Notes under the pieces: model-generated
What the model was told of the DNA's origin: nothing
The model's input: only the letters and a program-made list of their open reading frames with translations
Databases searched by the model: none
In this document: piece after piece, positions 17,388 to 26,465 of the stretch
Layout of the letters: each line of letters opens with the position of its first letter
Numbering within the stretch: position 1 is the stretch's first letter
Program-made: the position numbers and the translations under genes
Source: Candidatus Eiseniibacteriota bacterium
GTDB taxonomy: Bacteria; Arandabacterota; Arandabacteria; Arandabacterales; Arandabacteraceae
Direction of reading: 5' to 3'
Assembly (NCBI GenBank): GCA_043810925.1
Contig: JBDRNT010000154.1
Span: forward strand, 1 to 32,532
DNA length: 32,532 nucleotides

Positions 17388-18695
17388 CTATTCCCTGGTC
17401 GTACCGCTCCTGTGGATCTCTTCAATCTCTATATTGATCGCGCGCAGCGCCTCGATCAATCGCTCTCTGGGCTCACCTTCGAAATTCACCAAACCGGCCC
17501 GGCTGTTGTTATCCTGCGGGTCGGCGTAGTTGGAAAACGGGAAGTAGTGATAACCCACTATGTAGGGTTCTGCGAAAAGCTCCGGAAGCTGCTCACTTGA
17601 TCCTGCGATGGAGATCTCAGCCCTGGCCGCCCATTCGGCCTCCCCGCCCTTGCCGTGATCCTCATTCGCACTCCATATGTTGAATTCACTGATCAGGATA
17701 GGGCCCTGAAAGAGATTCTGGATCGTCCGCAGACGATAGGTCGGTGTTTCGTCGAAATACGCATTAATCGAAAGAACATCCCAGTACCCTCTGGCTCCAC
17801 GCGCCAGCGCCTCGAAGCCTCCAAGCCGTTCCGGCATTGTGTTTCTCCAGGGGATAGGCGTGAAGAAGATCCTTGGGCCGAGAATCAGATGATTCTTGTC
17901 GTACTCCCGGATCGCGTTCGTGGTTACTTCCGCATAATGCCTGACGGCCTTCTCAACGAAGCCGTCCCTGGCCGATTCCAGGCGGCCCGCGTCCCCGGGC
18001 AGAGTGGGGGAGCCGAACGTCTCGGTCAGAAAATCCTCTGCAGCCTTTCTTCCCGGAGCGTCAGAGGGAAGATCCATGTAGGCGTCAAGAAGTGGAGGGT
18101 TCTCACCTGCCCACTTGAGTTCATTGTCCGTCCACCACCCGATCAGATATGGATCCGATGCGAGGGGCTGGACCTTCTCCTCAGCCTGTTTGAGCACCGA
18201 TTCTTCAAACTTCTCCGAGAACATGTCCGGCCAGTCTTTGCCCCGCGGACCCTTTATCGAGGCATAGGTCTTAAGAAGGTTGAGTAACTCGGCATAAGGA
18301 ATATTCGTCTGCGCTATCCTCTGGTTTCTGCCGGTACTCGACCAGGCCCCCAGGGTGTTGAATCCAAGGCCCTGGAGCCAGGCGATTACCTCCCCTTCAC
18401 TCGTGGCGGGGCACCAGAAGGCGTTCACGCCTTTGCTCAGGAAAGCATTACCCTCGGGCGTAATCAACCACAGGGCTCCATCCACCAGCTCCACCCTGAA
18501 GAAACCTGTGGCATGGCTCCGAACGACCTCCCAGCCTCCGAAGCGGTCATAGAGTTCAGGCTCGGGCAACTCGGTCTTCTCCGGAGGACGCTTCCATGTC
18601 TTGTTCTTGCCTTTCATATTGAGATCACACGTGAGCGACACGAGTACCAGCGATGCAAGACATGTGAAGGTCATGACTCTCACAATGGATTTCAT
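17388..18695 (-). CDS. Exported clan GH-A glycoside hydrolase (agarase/GH50-like)
   Basis: N-terminal hydrophobic signal with Cys, TGFFRVE..WLITPEGNAFLSKGVN, PYLIGWWTDNEL (acid/base) and PILISEF (nucleophile). Confidence 0.75.
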   Translation of the reverse strand: MKSIVRVMTFTCLASLVLVSLTCDLNMKGKNKTWKRPPEKTELPEPELYDRFGGWEVVRSHATGFFRVELVDGALWLITPEGNAFLSKGVNAFWCPATSEGEVIAWLQGLGFNTLGAWSSTGRNQRIAQTNIPYAELLNLLKTYASIKGPRGKDWPDMFSEKFEESVLKQAEEKVQPLASDPYLIGWWTDNELKWAGENPPLLDAYMDLPSDAPGRKAAEDFLTETFGSPTLPGDAGRLESARDGFVEKAVRHYAEVTTNAIREYDKNHLILGPRIFFTPIPWRNTMPERLGGFEALARGARGYWDVLSINAYFDETPTYRLRTIQNLFQGPILISEFNIWSANEDHGKGGEAEWAARAEISIAGSSEQLPELFAEPYIVGYHYFPFSNYADPQDNNSRAGLVNFEGEPRERLIEALRAINIEIEEIHRSGTTRE

Positions 18696-19846
18696 TCAGC
18701 CAACCTTCCTTTCCCGTTCATTGAAGATTCGTAAACCTCCTCGACTTCCCGGGCCGTCCGTGTGCTTGGAAACTTCTGCTCGACGACTATCTTACCCCTT
18801 CGGCCCATGTCGCGGGCAAGTTCGGGGTTCGAGAGGAGTTTATGCAGAGCGGACGCGAGGGCCTCTTCGTCGCCTGATGGAACGAGCAAACCTGTTTCGC
18901 CGTCGCTTACAACTTCGGGAATCCCTCCGACCTTGGTTGCGACAACAGGCTTGCCGAGTGCCATGGCCTCGAGTATGGTCACGCCGAGACCCTCCCAGAG
19001 GGAGGGCAGCACCAGAATGTCCATGCGGGACAGGACGGGGTAGGGGGAATCAAGCCATCCCGTGAAGATCAGTTTATCCTCCAGACCCAGCTCGCGTCCC
19101 ATCTGTTCGAGACGACCTCGCTCCTTGCCGTCTCCAACCAGCAGGAACAAGACATCGGGATGCTGCTTGACGACCGTCCGCGCAGCCAAAAGCATGAGCT
19201 TCTGGTTCTTGATCGGAGTGAATCGACCCAGTGTGCCGATGATTCGATTCTGCCCGAATCCCTCACGGAGGGAGGCGGGGAGTTTCGACGCGCCGGCTGC
19301 GAGCCGAATCCTTTCTACGTCAACGCCGTTATGAACCACGGTGATCTTCTCAATGTCGACACCCTGCTCCGCAAGATCGCGCCGCACTGCATCCGAGTTG
19401 GCTATGAGTGCGTCGCAGGCTCTGAGCGATGCCGATATCGCACGGGTGTAAATCGCCCGTTTGAGAAACGTAGTCTCCTGACTCACGAGCTCCCTCTGGA
19501 TGCTGGCATGCACATGCATTAGGAAGGAGACCCGTTTCATCCACTTTTTGATGAAGTAACCGAATATATGTGCCAGGACACTGTGCGTGTGAATCAAAGC
19601 GACATGTTCTCTCTGAAGCAGCCGGACCACGCGGCACAAAGCGATGGGTGCCGTCAGAGGGCCGGCAGGGAACACATCGGCCCTGTAACCTTTTTGCCTT
19701 GCCATCTCCGCGATGGTTGAATCGTCCAGGGTGAGGAGGATTGGACTTCCTGCCCGGCTCTGTTCTTCGAGCAACGAGAAAACCACTGTGGCTATCCCGC
19801 CCATCTCCCGCCCGCCCAGAATATGTGCAATTGCCGGTCTCATCAT
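18692..19846 (-). CDS. Glycosyltransferase family 4
   Basis: VVHNGVD, LPSLWEGLGVTILEAMALGKPVV and VGGIPEVV. Start ATG 19846 overlaps the upstream stop (ATGA). Confidence 0.9.
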   Translation of the reverse strand: MMRPAIAHILGGREMGGIATVVFSLLEEQSRAGSPILLTLDDSTIAEMARQKGYRADVFPAGPLTAPIALCRVVRLLQREHVALIHTHSVLAHIFGYFIKKWMKRVSFLMHVHASIQRELVSQETTFLKRAIYTRAISASLRACDALIANSDAVRRDLAEQGVDIEKITVVHNGVDVERIRLAAGASKLPASLREGFGQNRIIGTLGRFTPIKNQKLMLLAARTVVKQHPDVLFLLVGDGKERGRLEQMGRELGLEDKLIFTGWLDSPYPVLSRMDILVLPSLWEGLGVTILEAMALGKPVVATKVGGIPEVVSDGETGLLVPSGDEEALASALHKLLSNPELARDMGRRGKIVVEQKFPSTRTAREVEEVYESSMNGKGRLAE

Positions 19847-21435
19847 GTTATATCCAGCCTGGTTTCCGGAACGGCTCCGTTTGCTCTGCCTCTTTCCCGT
19901 CGGAGCATGCTCAGGATCTCGCCTAATTCGGAAATCCTGAGAACCTTGCACGCACCCAGGAACACTGCCGCTCCGATCACGAGGAGCAGGGCCATTCTGA
20001 TAAAACTCCAGACCTGAGAATCGGTGACCGCCAGAACGGATGAGGAGAAGAACCTCAGACCCAGAGCAATCACAACGGATGCGATAAGGACCCGGCCCAG
20101 CGAACCGACGATCTCGCGAACCGCCAGGCGGCCCATCTTTTTCTGAAGCAGCATCCAGAGAATCACGGCGCCTGATGTCATGACGATCGATGTCGACAGC
20201 GCAATGCCACCGTGGCCGAAGACCTGCATCAGCGAGTAGTCAAGAGCTACGTTGACGGCGACGAACACCGCACTTATCTTAAGCGGCGTCATCGTGTCCT
20301 GTATGGAGAAGAACGCAACCTTAAGAATCGGCAGGATCGCGTAGGCGAGAACTCCGAAAGAGTAAAAGAGAAGAGCATACGCGGTGATGCTCGTCGATTC
20401 CATGTCGAAGGCACCGCGCTGAAAGAGAAGCCCGATTATCTCCGTACGGAAGAAAATCACGAAGAGCGTAACGGGAATCGCGGCGAATCCCATGAGCCGG
20501 ATGCTCTTTGAGAGAAGTCTTCTCGCTTCAGGCCCCTCACCGCGATTCCGCTGGTCGGAAAGAACCGGGAGTATCGTCCGGCCGAGAGAACCCATGACCA
20601 TGGAGTTCGGTATTCGTAGAATCTTCTGTGCAAACGTCAGGGCGGATACATAGCCCGCACCCAGGAGCGAAGCAAACCACCTGTCTACGAGCAGGTTCAG
20701 GCCGTTAAGCGAGAAATCCAGGAGACGGGGTCCGAAGAGCCTGCCGATCTGCTTCACTCCGGGATGTCTCAAAGCGACCCGTCGACCGATTCTTATGTCG
20801 TATCTGTGAATGGCGATAAAGAGGATGACAAACTGGATCAGGGTACCAGCGACGTATCTGAGCGGGATGGAGGCGATTCCCAGCGACTTTGCCCCGAGAA
20901 CGAGAAAGGTGATCCCGCCTATCACGGGCAGAACAGCCGTTACCGCCGGTAGCAAGAACCGGTTGAGCGAATGAAAGAGCGTCGCCAGGAATGAGGACAG
21001 AAACCTTAAGAGAATGAGCGGCGTCATGATCATCAAGAGCCGGCCTGCGAGCCTCACAGTGGTGCCCGAAAACCCCGGTGCAAGACCGGTGACGACCAGA
21101 TGGGCCAGACCCAGAATAGCCAGAGCAAGCACTGTCAAGAGCGCTATTGAGGAGAAGAACACTGTGTTGGAGATGATCAGTGCTTCCTCGGTTCCCCTTG
21201 TGGTGCGGTATTCCATGAAGACCGGCAGGAACGTGTAGTTGAGAACACCCTCGGCGATCCCGCCGAAGAGGATCGGGACACTGTGCGCGACTATATAGGC
21301 ATCAGTGGAAGCGCTGATTCCGAAGAAGTAAGCCATGGCCAGGAACTGGAAGAACCCCAGAACAACCACAAGGATTCTCGCGATTAGAAGTACCAGTGTG
21401 CCGCTGACCATGCCCCGTCCGGAGAGGATGTTCAA
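19843..21435 (-). CDS. MurJ/MviN-like MOP-family flippase
   Basis: FGISASTDAY, FLPVF, VDRWFAS, LFQRGAF and QDTMTP motifs; about 14 TM; TTG start with GGAGG RBS. Confidence 0.85.
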   Translation of the reverse strand: MNILSGRGMVSGTLVLLIARILVVVLGFFQFLAMAYFFGISASTDAYIVAHSVPILFGGIAEGVLNYTFLPVFMEYRTTRGTEEALIISNTVFFSSIALLTVLALAILGLAHLVVTGLAPGFSGTTVRLAGRLLMIMTPLILLRFLSSFLATLFHSLNRFLLPAVTAVLPVIGGITFLVLGAKSLGIASIPLRYVAGTLIQFVILFIAIHRYDIRIGRRVALRHPGVKQIGRLFGPRLLDFSLNGLNLLVDRWFASLLGAGYVSALTFAQKILRIPNSMVMGSLGRTILPVLSDQRNRGEGPEARRLLSKSIRLMGFAAIPVTLFVIFFRTEIIGLLFQRGAFDMESTSITAYALLFYSFGVLAYAILPILKVAFFSIQDTMTPLKISAVFVAVNVALDYSLMQVFGHGGIALSTSIVMTSGAVILWMLLQKKMGRLAVREIVGSLGRVLIASVVIALGLRFFSSSVLAVTDSQVWSFIRMALLLVIGAAVFLGACKVLRISELGEILSMLRRERGRANGAVPETRLDIT

Positions 21436-21451
21436 GGTACTAACCTCCCGG

Positions 21452-22114
21452 TCAATCGAGATTCCATTGCCTCATGATCGCCGGAGGGATCGGACAGGTC
21501 ATCTGGCTCATGATCACACCCACGAGTTCTCCATGAGCCTCCTCGACCTTCTTCTTCACAAAAAGGGCGGAGCTCTTACTCGTGTCGAGTCGAACCAGGA
21601 GTATCACCCCATCGACAACGGTCGTTATGAAGAGTGGGAGGGGGTGTGAATAAAGACATGCGGAGTCCACAATAACGAAGTCGAAGTGTGCCTTCGCATT
21701 TTCCATGAATCCGACCGTCTTGGCCCTGTCATACAGCTCAAGACCCGAGGGTTCAGTGACTCCAAGCGAGAGCAAATTCGGTTGGGCCGGCTGGATCCCG
21801 AGGAATTGATCACCGGTGCTCAGAGATTCCCTGTAATCCTGGTCCTGCTCGAGACGCCACTTTTGAAGGTCCTTTGAGTCCGCGATCAAGAGTGTCCTTT
21901 TGCCCTCCTGTGCGAGCGCATAAGCAAGCACTGCGGCGACAGGACTCTTCTTCTGCAGAGGGCTTGCGCCCGTCATCAGGAAGGCCTTCTTCTTGGAGAC
22001 TTCAGACAAGCGCACGAAGTTGACTGCCGTCCGTTTCAAGGAAGCAGAGAACTCCGGGTCGTTGAACAAGTCAGGAACCGTTTTAACTCTGTTGTTGTTA
22101 CCCAGAAATATCAT
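21452..22114 (-). CDS. Wzc C-terminal/CapB-like BY-kinase homolog, apparently degenerate
   Basis: LAYALAQEGKRTLLI, FDFVIVDS and VDGVILLV are present. Walker A reads TGASPLQKKS and there is no C-terminal Tyr cluster. Confidence 0.7.
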   Translation of the reverse strand: MIFLGNNNRVKTVPDLFNDPEFSASLKRTAVNFVRLSEVSKKKAFLMTGASPLQKKSPVAAVLAYALAQEGKRTLLIADSKDLQKWRLEQDQDYRESLSTGDQFLGIQPAQPNLLSLGVTEPSGLELYDRAKTVGFMENAKAHFDFVIVDSACLYSHPLPLFITTVVDGVILLVRLDTSKSSALFVKKKVEEAHGELVGVIMSQMTCPIPPAIMRQWNLD

Positions 22115-23670
22115 TATACACCGTCCGCGGGAGGGATCTCCCCGATAACGGGGACACCCAGCACTTGTTCGATCTCCTGCCTTCTTCGGAAGCTATCATT
22201 CCAGTATTCGACGAACAGCGCATAGCCGATTCCTATGACTGCGCCAAAGAACAGGCTGACCACGAAATGGATCATTGACTTGGGCCAGTCGGGGTTCCGG
22301 AGAGGAGAGACATGGGCTCTTTCTATGACTCTAAGCTTATTATCATCAGTGCTCATATTGGACAGGACATTGAGCTCCTCCAGCCTGGCTCTCAGGCCTC
22401 GATCCATGACCTCATAGACCGCAACCTGGTTGCTGAGTGAGGCGAGCTCCATCTCTACTGCGGGAAGTTCCTGAAGTGCGCTCTCGCTCTCTCTGATCGT
22501 TCCGGCCAGGGCCGCCAGCCTGTCATCCGCCGTGGTGACATCGGTCTCAAGTTCGATCGAGCGATTCAAAAGCCGGTTATACGCGGACTCGGAGGATCTT
22601 GCACCACCCCTGGCAATTCTCTGGTTCTCCTCGCTCAGGAGTCTCTTGAGTCTTTCAATCTCGGCTTCCAACCGGATGACATCAGGGTGCTTTCTTGTCT
22701 TCTCTGTCAGGGCCGACGCAAGCGAGATTTCCGCCCTGCTGAGCTCGGACTGCATCTGCTGGATCGCGGGGTTATCCGAGGCCAACGGTGATGACGCTAC
22801 CGAGGGATCCCGCTTCTCAAGCTGGTTCTGGGTCTCCTCAAGCAACGCGCTCTGGATCTCCTTACCGCTCTTGGCCTGGAGATACTGGAGCCGCAAGTCC
22901 TCAATCTTCTGGATCTTCTGTTTCTTTTCCTCCTGAAGATCGCCCACCACGTTCTCTTCGAGGAACTGTCTTAACGCTACCCGGGCCTGCAGGAGCTTCT
23001 CTTCGGTCGACTCAAGCTCCTGACGAGTGCATTCATATGCAATCTGAGACTCCGACCGGGACAACTCGAGGGTCTTCTCCTGTAACAGATCCGCCATCCT
23101 GTTGGCGATATCCGTTGCGAGCTGAGGCGTCTGGCCTCGAATGGTCAGGTTGATCACCTGGGTCTGCACCTCGACCTCGATGTCCTCAGCCTTGTCGATC
23201 AGATCGTCAGCGGCCTCGTCAACCCAGTCGCGCTCCGGTGCCCTCAGAACCCTCATCGCCTGGAGTATCAGGAAGGGGCTTCTGAAGACGTCAATCAGAC
23301 CCTTCTTGAGGATGTCGCGCGGCTTATTCGGCTCTGTCTTTCGTTGTTGGAGCCGCTTGTCGAGTTCGAATTCACTCACAATCTGGTAAGCCATGTTTCG
23401 TCCGGTCAGAAGGGCCGCAAGGTTGTGGGCCTGAACCTCGGGAGAAGTGGGCGGACCGGGGGTGGAGAGCTCGGGAACACTTGTCAGCTGTCTCTTGGGA
23501 TTGGCCTCCACGAGGATGAGAGTCGTTGCCTCCCACCTCGGTGTTATCAAGTAGGTGAAGAACATCACGAAGAAAACGGTGGCCGCAAACAGCCAGATGA
23601 TGGCGCGTCTTCTTCTGAAAACGGCGTAGAAGAGATTGAAGAGCGTATCTTCTTTGGTAGACTCAGTCAA
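22114..23670 (-). CDS. Polysaccharide co-polymerase (Wzz/GumC, Wzc N-terminal part)
   Basis: Two TM helices flanking a long coiled coil; TPRWEATTLI, KHPDV and EQVLGVPVIGEIP. Confidence 0.9.
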   Translation of the reverse strand: MTESTKEDTLFNLFYAVFRRRRAIIWLFAATVFFVMFFTYLITPRWEATTLILVEANPKRQLTSVPELSTPGPPTSPEVQAHNLAALLTGRNMAYQIVSEFELDKRLQQRKTEPNKPRDILKKGLIDVFRSPFLILQAMRVLRAPERDWVDEAADDLIDKAEDIEVEVQTQVINLTIRGQTPQLATDIANRMADLLQEKTLELSRSESQIAYECTRQELESTEEKLLQARVALRQFLEENVVGDLQEEKKQKIQKIEDLRLQYLQAKSGKEIQSALLEETQNQLEKRDPSVASSPLASDNPAIQQMQSELSRAEISLASALTEKTRKHPDVIRLEAEIERLKRLLSEENQRIARGGARSSESAYNRLLNRSIELETDVTTADDRLAALAGTIRESESALQELPAVEMELASLSNQVAVYEVMDRGLRARLEELNVLSNMSTDDNKLRVIERAHVSPLRNPDWPKSMIHFVVSLFFGAVIGIGYALFVEYWNDSFRRRQEIEQVLGVPVIGEIPPADGV

Positions 23671-23685
23671 CTTTTCATCTCCCTC

Positions 23686-24930
23686 TTAGGCAAATCCTCT
23701 GAGCAGGACAACCGCATTAGCCCCGCCGAACCCGAATGAATTCGACATGGCGACACGGATCTGACCTTGCCTGCCACGATTTGGAACGAAGTCAAGATCG
23801 CATTCCGGATCCGGGATCTCGTAATTGATGGTAGGCGGCAGAAACTGGTTCTTGACCGCCATGACGGTTGTTATGATTTCCACGGCCCCGGCGGCTCCGA
23901 GGAGGTGCCCGATCATCGACTTGGTCGAGCTGACCGGGATCGATTTCGCGCGTTTGCCGAAGACGTTCTTGATTGCCTCGGTCTCCCCCTTGTCATTTGC
24001 CTGAGTAGCCGTGCCGTGTGCGTTTATATAGTCCACCTCGTCGACGGAGACGCCTCCGTCGGCAAGAGCTCCTTCGATCGCGTCGGTCTCACCCTTAACA
24101 TCGGGAAAAGTCAGATGATAAGCATCCGAATTCGCATAGTACCCGGCAATCTCCGCATAGACCGGTGCAGACCGGGCAGCCGCCGTATCCAGGCTCTCCA
24201 GAATCATCGCCCCTGATCCTTCACCCAACACCGGCCCGTCCCTGTCTTTGCTGAAAGGCCGTACCGATCTCTCGGGGTCATCGTTTCTGGTGGAAAGCAC
24301 CCGGAGTTTACACCACCCACAGAGCATGCCGGGGGTGATGCAGGCCTCCGACGCCCCTGCGATAGCGGCATCCACATAGCCGTGTTTTATGAGGCGATAG
24401 GCTTCCCCCACGGCTATGGCGCCGGAGGAGCAAGTGTTACTGATAGTGTAATTGATGCCGGTCGCTCCCGTCTCGATCGCGATGTTGGTGGACGCAGCCG
24501 CGCCCATTGCCCTGGGAAGGGTCATTGCGTCAATTGCCTTGCAGCCTTTTGAGAAGAAGACCTCATACTGCTCTTCACTTGTCGTGACTCCGGCCTCACT
24601 CGATCCCCAGATCACCGCGACGCGCTTCCTGCCGGTCTCATCAAGCGGGAGTTTGCTCTCATTTACGGCTTCTGAGGCAGCAACCAGTGCGAACTGGCTG
24701 AAACGGTCCGTTGCATAGATCTTCTGAGGCGTGAGGTGCGCAGCGGGGTCGAAGTCCTTCACCTGAGCCGCGATCCTGGTCCTGTAGGGAGAGGCGTCGA
24801 AGCTGTCGATCGCACTCACACAGGACTTGCCGTGAGAGATTGAATCCCAGAAGGCCTCTTTGCCGATGCCTGCCGGAGCCACCACTCCCATACCTGTTAT
24901 GACTACACGTCTTTTCAGATCACTATTCAT
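23686..24930 (-). CDS. fabF: Beta-ketoacyl-ACP synthase II-like ketosynthase 2
   Basis: RRVVITGMG, SNTCSSG (Cys), NAHGTAT (His), GHLLGAAG (His) and SNSFGFGG. Likely start is ATG 24930. Confidence 0.9.
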   Translation of the reverse strand: MNSDLKRRVVITGMGVVAPAGIGKEAFWDSISHGKSCVSAIDSFDASPYRTRIAAQVKDFDPAAHLTPQKIYATDRFSQFALVAASEAVNESKLPLDETGRKRVAVIWGSSEAGVTTSEEQYEVFFSKGCKAIDAMTLPRAMGAAASTNIAIETGATGINYTISNTCSSGAIAVGEAYRLIKHGYVDAAIAGASEACITPGMLCGWCKLRVLSTRNDDPERSVRPFSKDRDGPVLGEGSGAMILESLDTAAARSAPVYAEIAGYYANSDAYHLTFPDVKGETDAIEGALADGGVSVDEVDYINAHGTATQANDKGETEAIKNVFGKRAKSIPVSSTKSMIGHLLGAAGAVEIITTVMAVKNQFLPPTINYEIPDPECDLDFVPNRGRQGQIRVAMSNSFGFGGANAVVLLRGFA

Positions 24931-26176
24931 CGTCCCGCCATTTTCTTGCAATCAGAATAGCATTTGTACCGCCAAAACCGAAGGAGTTAGACATCGCTAT
25001 ATCGACCGCGGCTTCACGCCCGATGTTGGGCACATAGTCGAGATCGCACTCGGGATCGGCAACCTCGTAATTGATGGTAGGCGGTATGAAGCTCCGCTCC
25101 ATGGCCAGGAGACATGTTATCAACTCTATCGCGCCGGATGCTCCAAGAGGATGCCCGACCATTGACTTGGTCGAACTGATCGGGATCGAGTAGGCCTTGT
25201 TTCCAAAAACCTGCTTGATTGCCGCCGTCTCCACCTTGTCGTTGGCCAGAGTCGCCGTACCATGGGCGTTTATGTAATCGATCTCGCCCGGATCGATCCC
25301 CGCATCCGTCAGAGCTCCCCGCATGGCCTCGACTTCCGTGTCCAGATTGGGGTAGGTGAGATGGAACGCATCGCTGCTTGAACCGTAGCCGATGATCTCG
25401 CCCAGGATCCTCGCGGATCGGCCGAGGGCATGTTCAAGACTTTCGAGAATCACTATGCCCGCCCCTTCCCCCATAACGAGACCGTCCCGGTTCTTGCTGA
25501 ACGGCTTGATCGCCTTCTTGGGGTCGTCATTCTTGGTTGACATCGCCCGCAGCTTGTCCCAGGCGCAGAAATGGACAACCGAGATCGGCGCTTCCGCCCC
25601 ACCGGTGACCATCAAGTCCGCATAGCCGTTCTTTATCTTCTGATAGGACTCGCCGATCGCATGTGTCCCGGCAGCACAGGCCGTGGACAGGCAATAGCTT
25701 ATGCCCTTGAATCCGAACTGCATGCAGATATAGCTCGAACCGGCGTTGGGCATCACGAGCGCAACCGACAGGGGATTGAGATGCCGGTAACCTCTGACAT
25801 AGAACCCTTCCGCCGCCTCTTCGTGGGAGATGATTCCTCCGCCACCGGAACCGAGGAGTACACCGGTCTTGGCCTTGATATCGTCATCGACGTCAAGACC
25901 GCTGTCTTCAATCGCCATCGCAGTAGCCCCAATGGCCATCTGTGTAAAACGGTCCATCCGCTGGGATACCCGTGGTTCGATGAAGTCGTCGGGGTTAAAA
26001 TCTTCAACCGTGGCTGCGATCCTGGTACGGAAGGATTCGGTGTCGAACCGGGTGAGTTTTCTAACACCCGACACTCCCTTTGAAGCTGCCTGCCAGTAGG
26101 TTTCCTTACCTGAACCGATAGGCGTTATCAGCCCCATACCGGTTACGACTACCCTTCTTTGGGCCCCGTTCTTCAT
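24923..26176 (-). CDS. fabF: Beta-ketoacyl-ACP synthase II-like ketosynthase 1
   Basis: RRVVVTGMG, STACAAG (Cys), NAHGTAT, GHPLGASG and SNSFGFGG. Likely start is ATG 26176. Confidence 0.9.
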   Translation of the reverse strand: MKNGAQRRVVVTGMGLITPIGSGKETYWQAASKGVSGVRKLTRFDTESFRTRIAATVEDFNPDDFIEPRVSQRMDRFTQMAIGATAMAIEDSGLDVDDDIKAKTGVLLGSGGGGIISHEEAAEGFYVRGYRHLNPLSVALVMPNAGSSYICMQFGFKGISYCLSTACAAGTHAIGESYQKIKNGYADLMVTGGAEAPISVVHFCAWDKLRAMSTKNDDPKKAIKPFSKNRDGLVMGEGAGIVILESLEHALGRSARILGEIIGYGSSSDAFHLTYPNLDTEVEAMRGALTDAGIDPGEIDYINAHGTATLANDKVETAAIKQVFGNKAYSIPISSTKSMVGHPLGASGAIELITCLLAMERSFIPPTINYEVADPECDLDYVPNIGREAAVDIAMSNSFGFGGTNAILIARKWRDDE

Positions 26177-26192
26177 AGATCCAAGATTTCCT

Positions 26193-26438
26193 CTATTTCG
26201 TGTGTTTTCGGACCACCTCAACTGCTGTAACAAAGGAAGTGATCTTGAGCGCCTCTTCGTCGGGAATGTCGATCTCGAACTCCTGTTCGAGAGCGGCCAG
26301 GATTCCGAGGGCAGCCAGCGAGTCCCCGCCCAGGTCGGCGATCGTCGAGGTCCTCTTCACGGCGGCATCGTCGACCTGTAACACCCGCATGATCACATTC
26401 TTGACTTTCGCTTCAATCTCATCGAATTTCTCTTCCAT
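26193..26438 (-). CDS. acpP: Acyl carrier protein
   Basis: DLGGDSL phosphopantetheine site, LEQEFEIDIPDEEA; AGGAG RBS before ATG 26438. Confidence 0.9.
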   Translation of the reverse strand: MEEKFDEIEAKVKNVIMRVLQVDDAAVKRTSTIADLGGDSLAALGILAALEQEFEIDIPDEEALKITSFVTAVEVVRKHTK

Positions 26439-26465
26439 CAATTCTCCTTCTGGTGTTCTTTCCAC

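Noticed and set aside
23686-26176. Aromatic type II PKS (KS plus chain-length factor) or aryl polyene cluster
   Set aside because: Both KS keep the catalytic Cys, and no cyclase, dehydratase or adenylation enzyme is present in the window.
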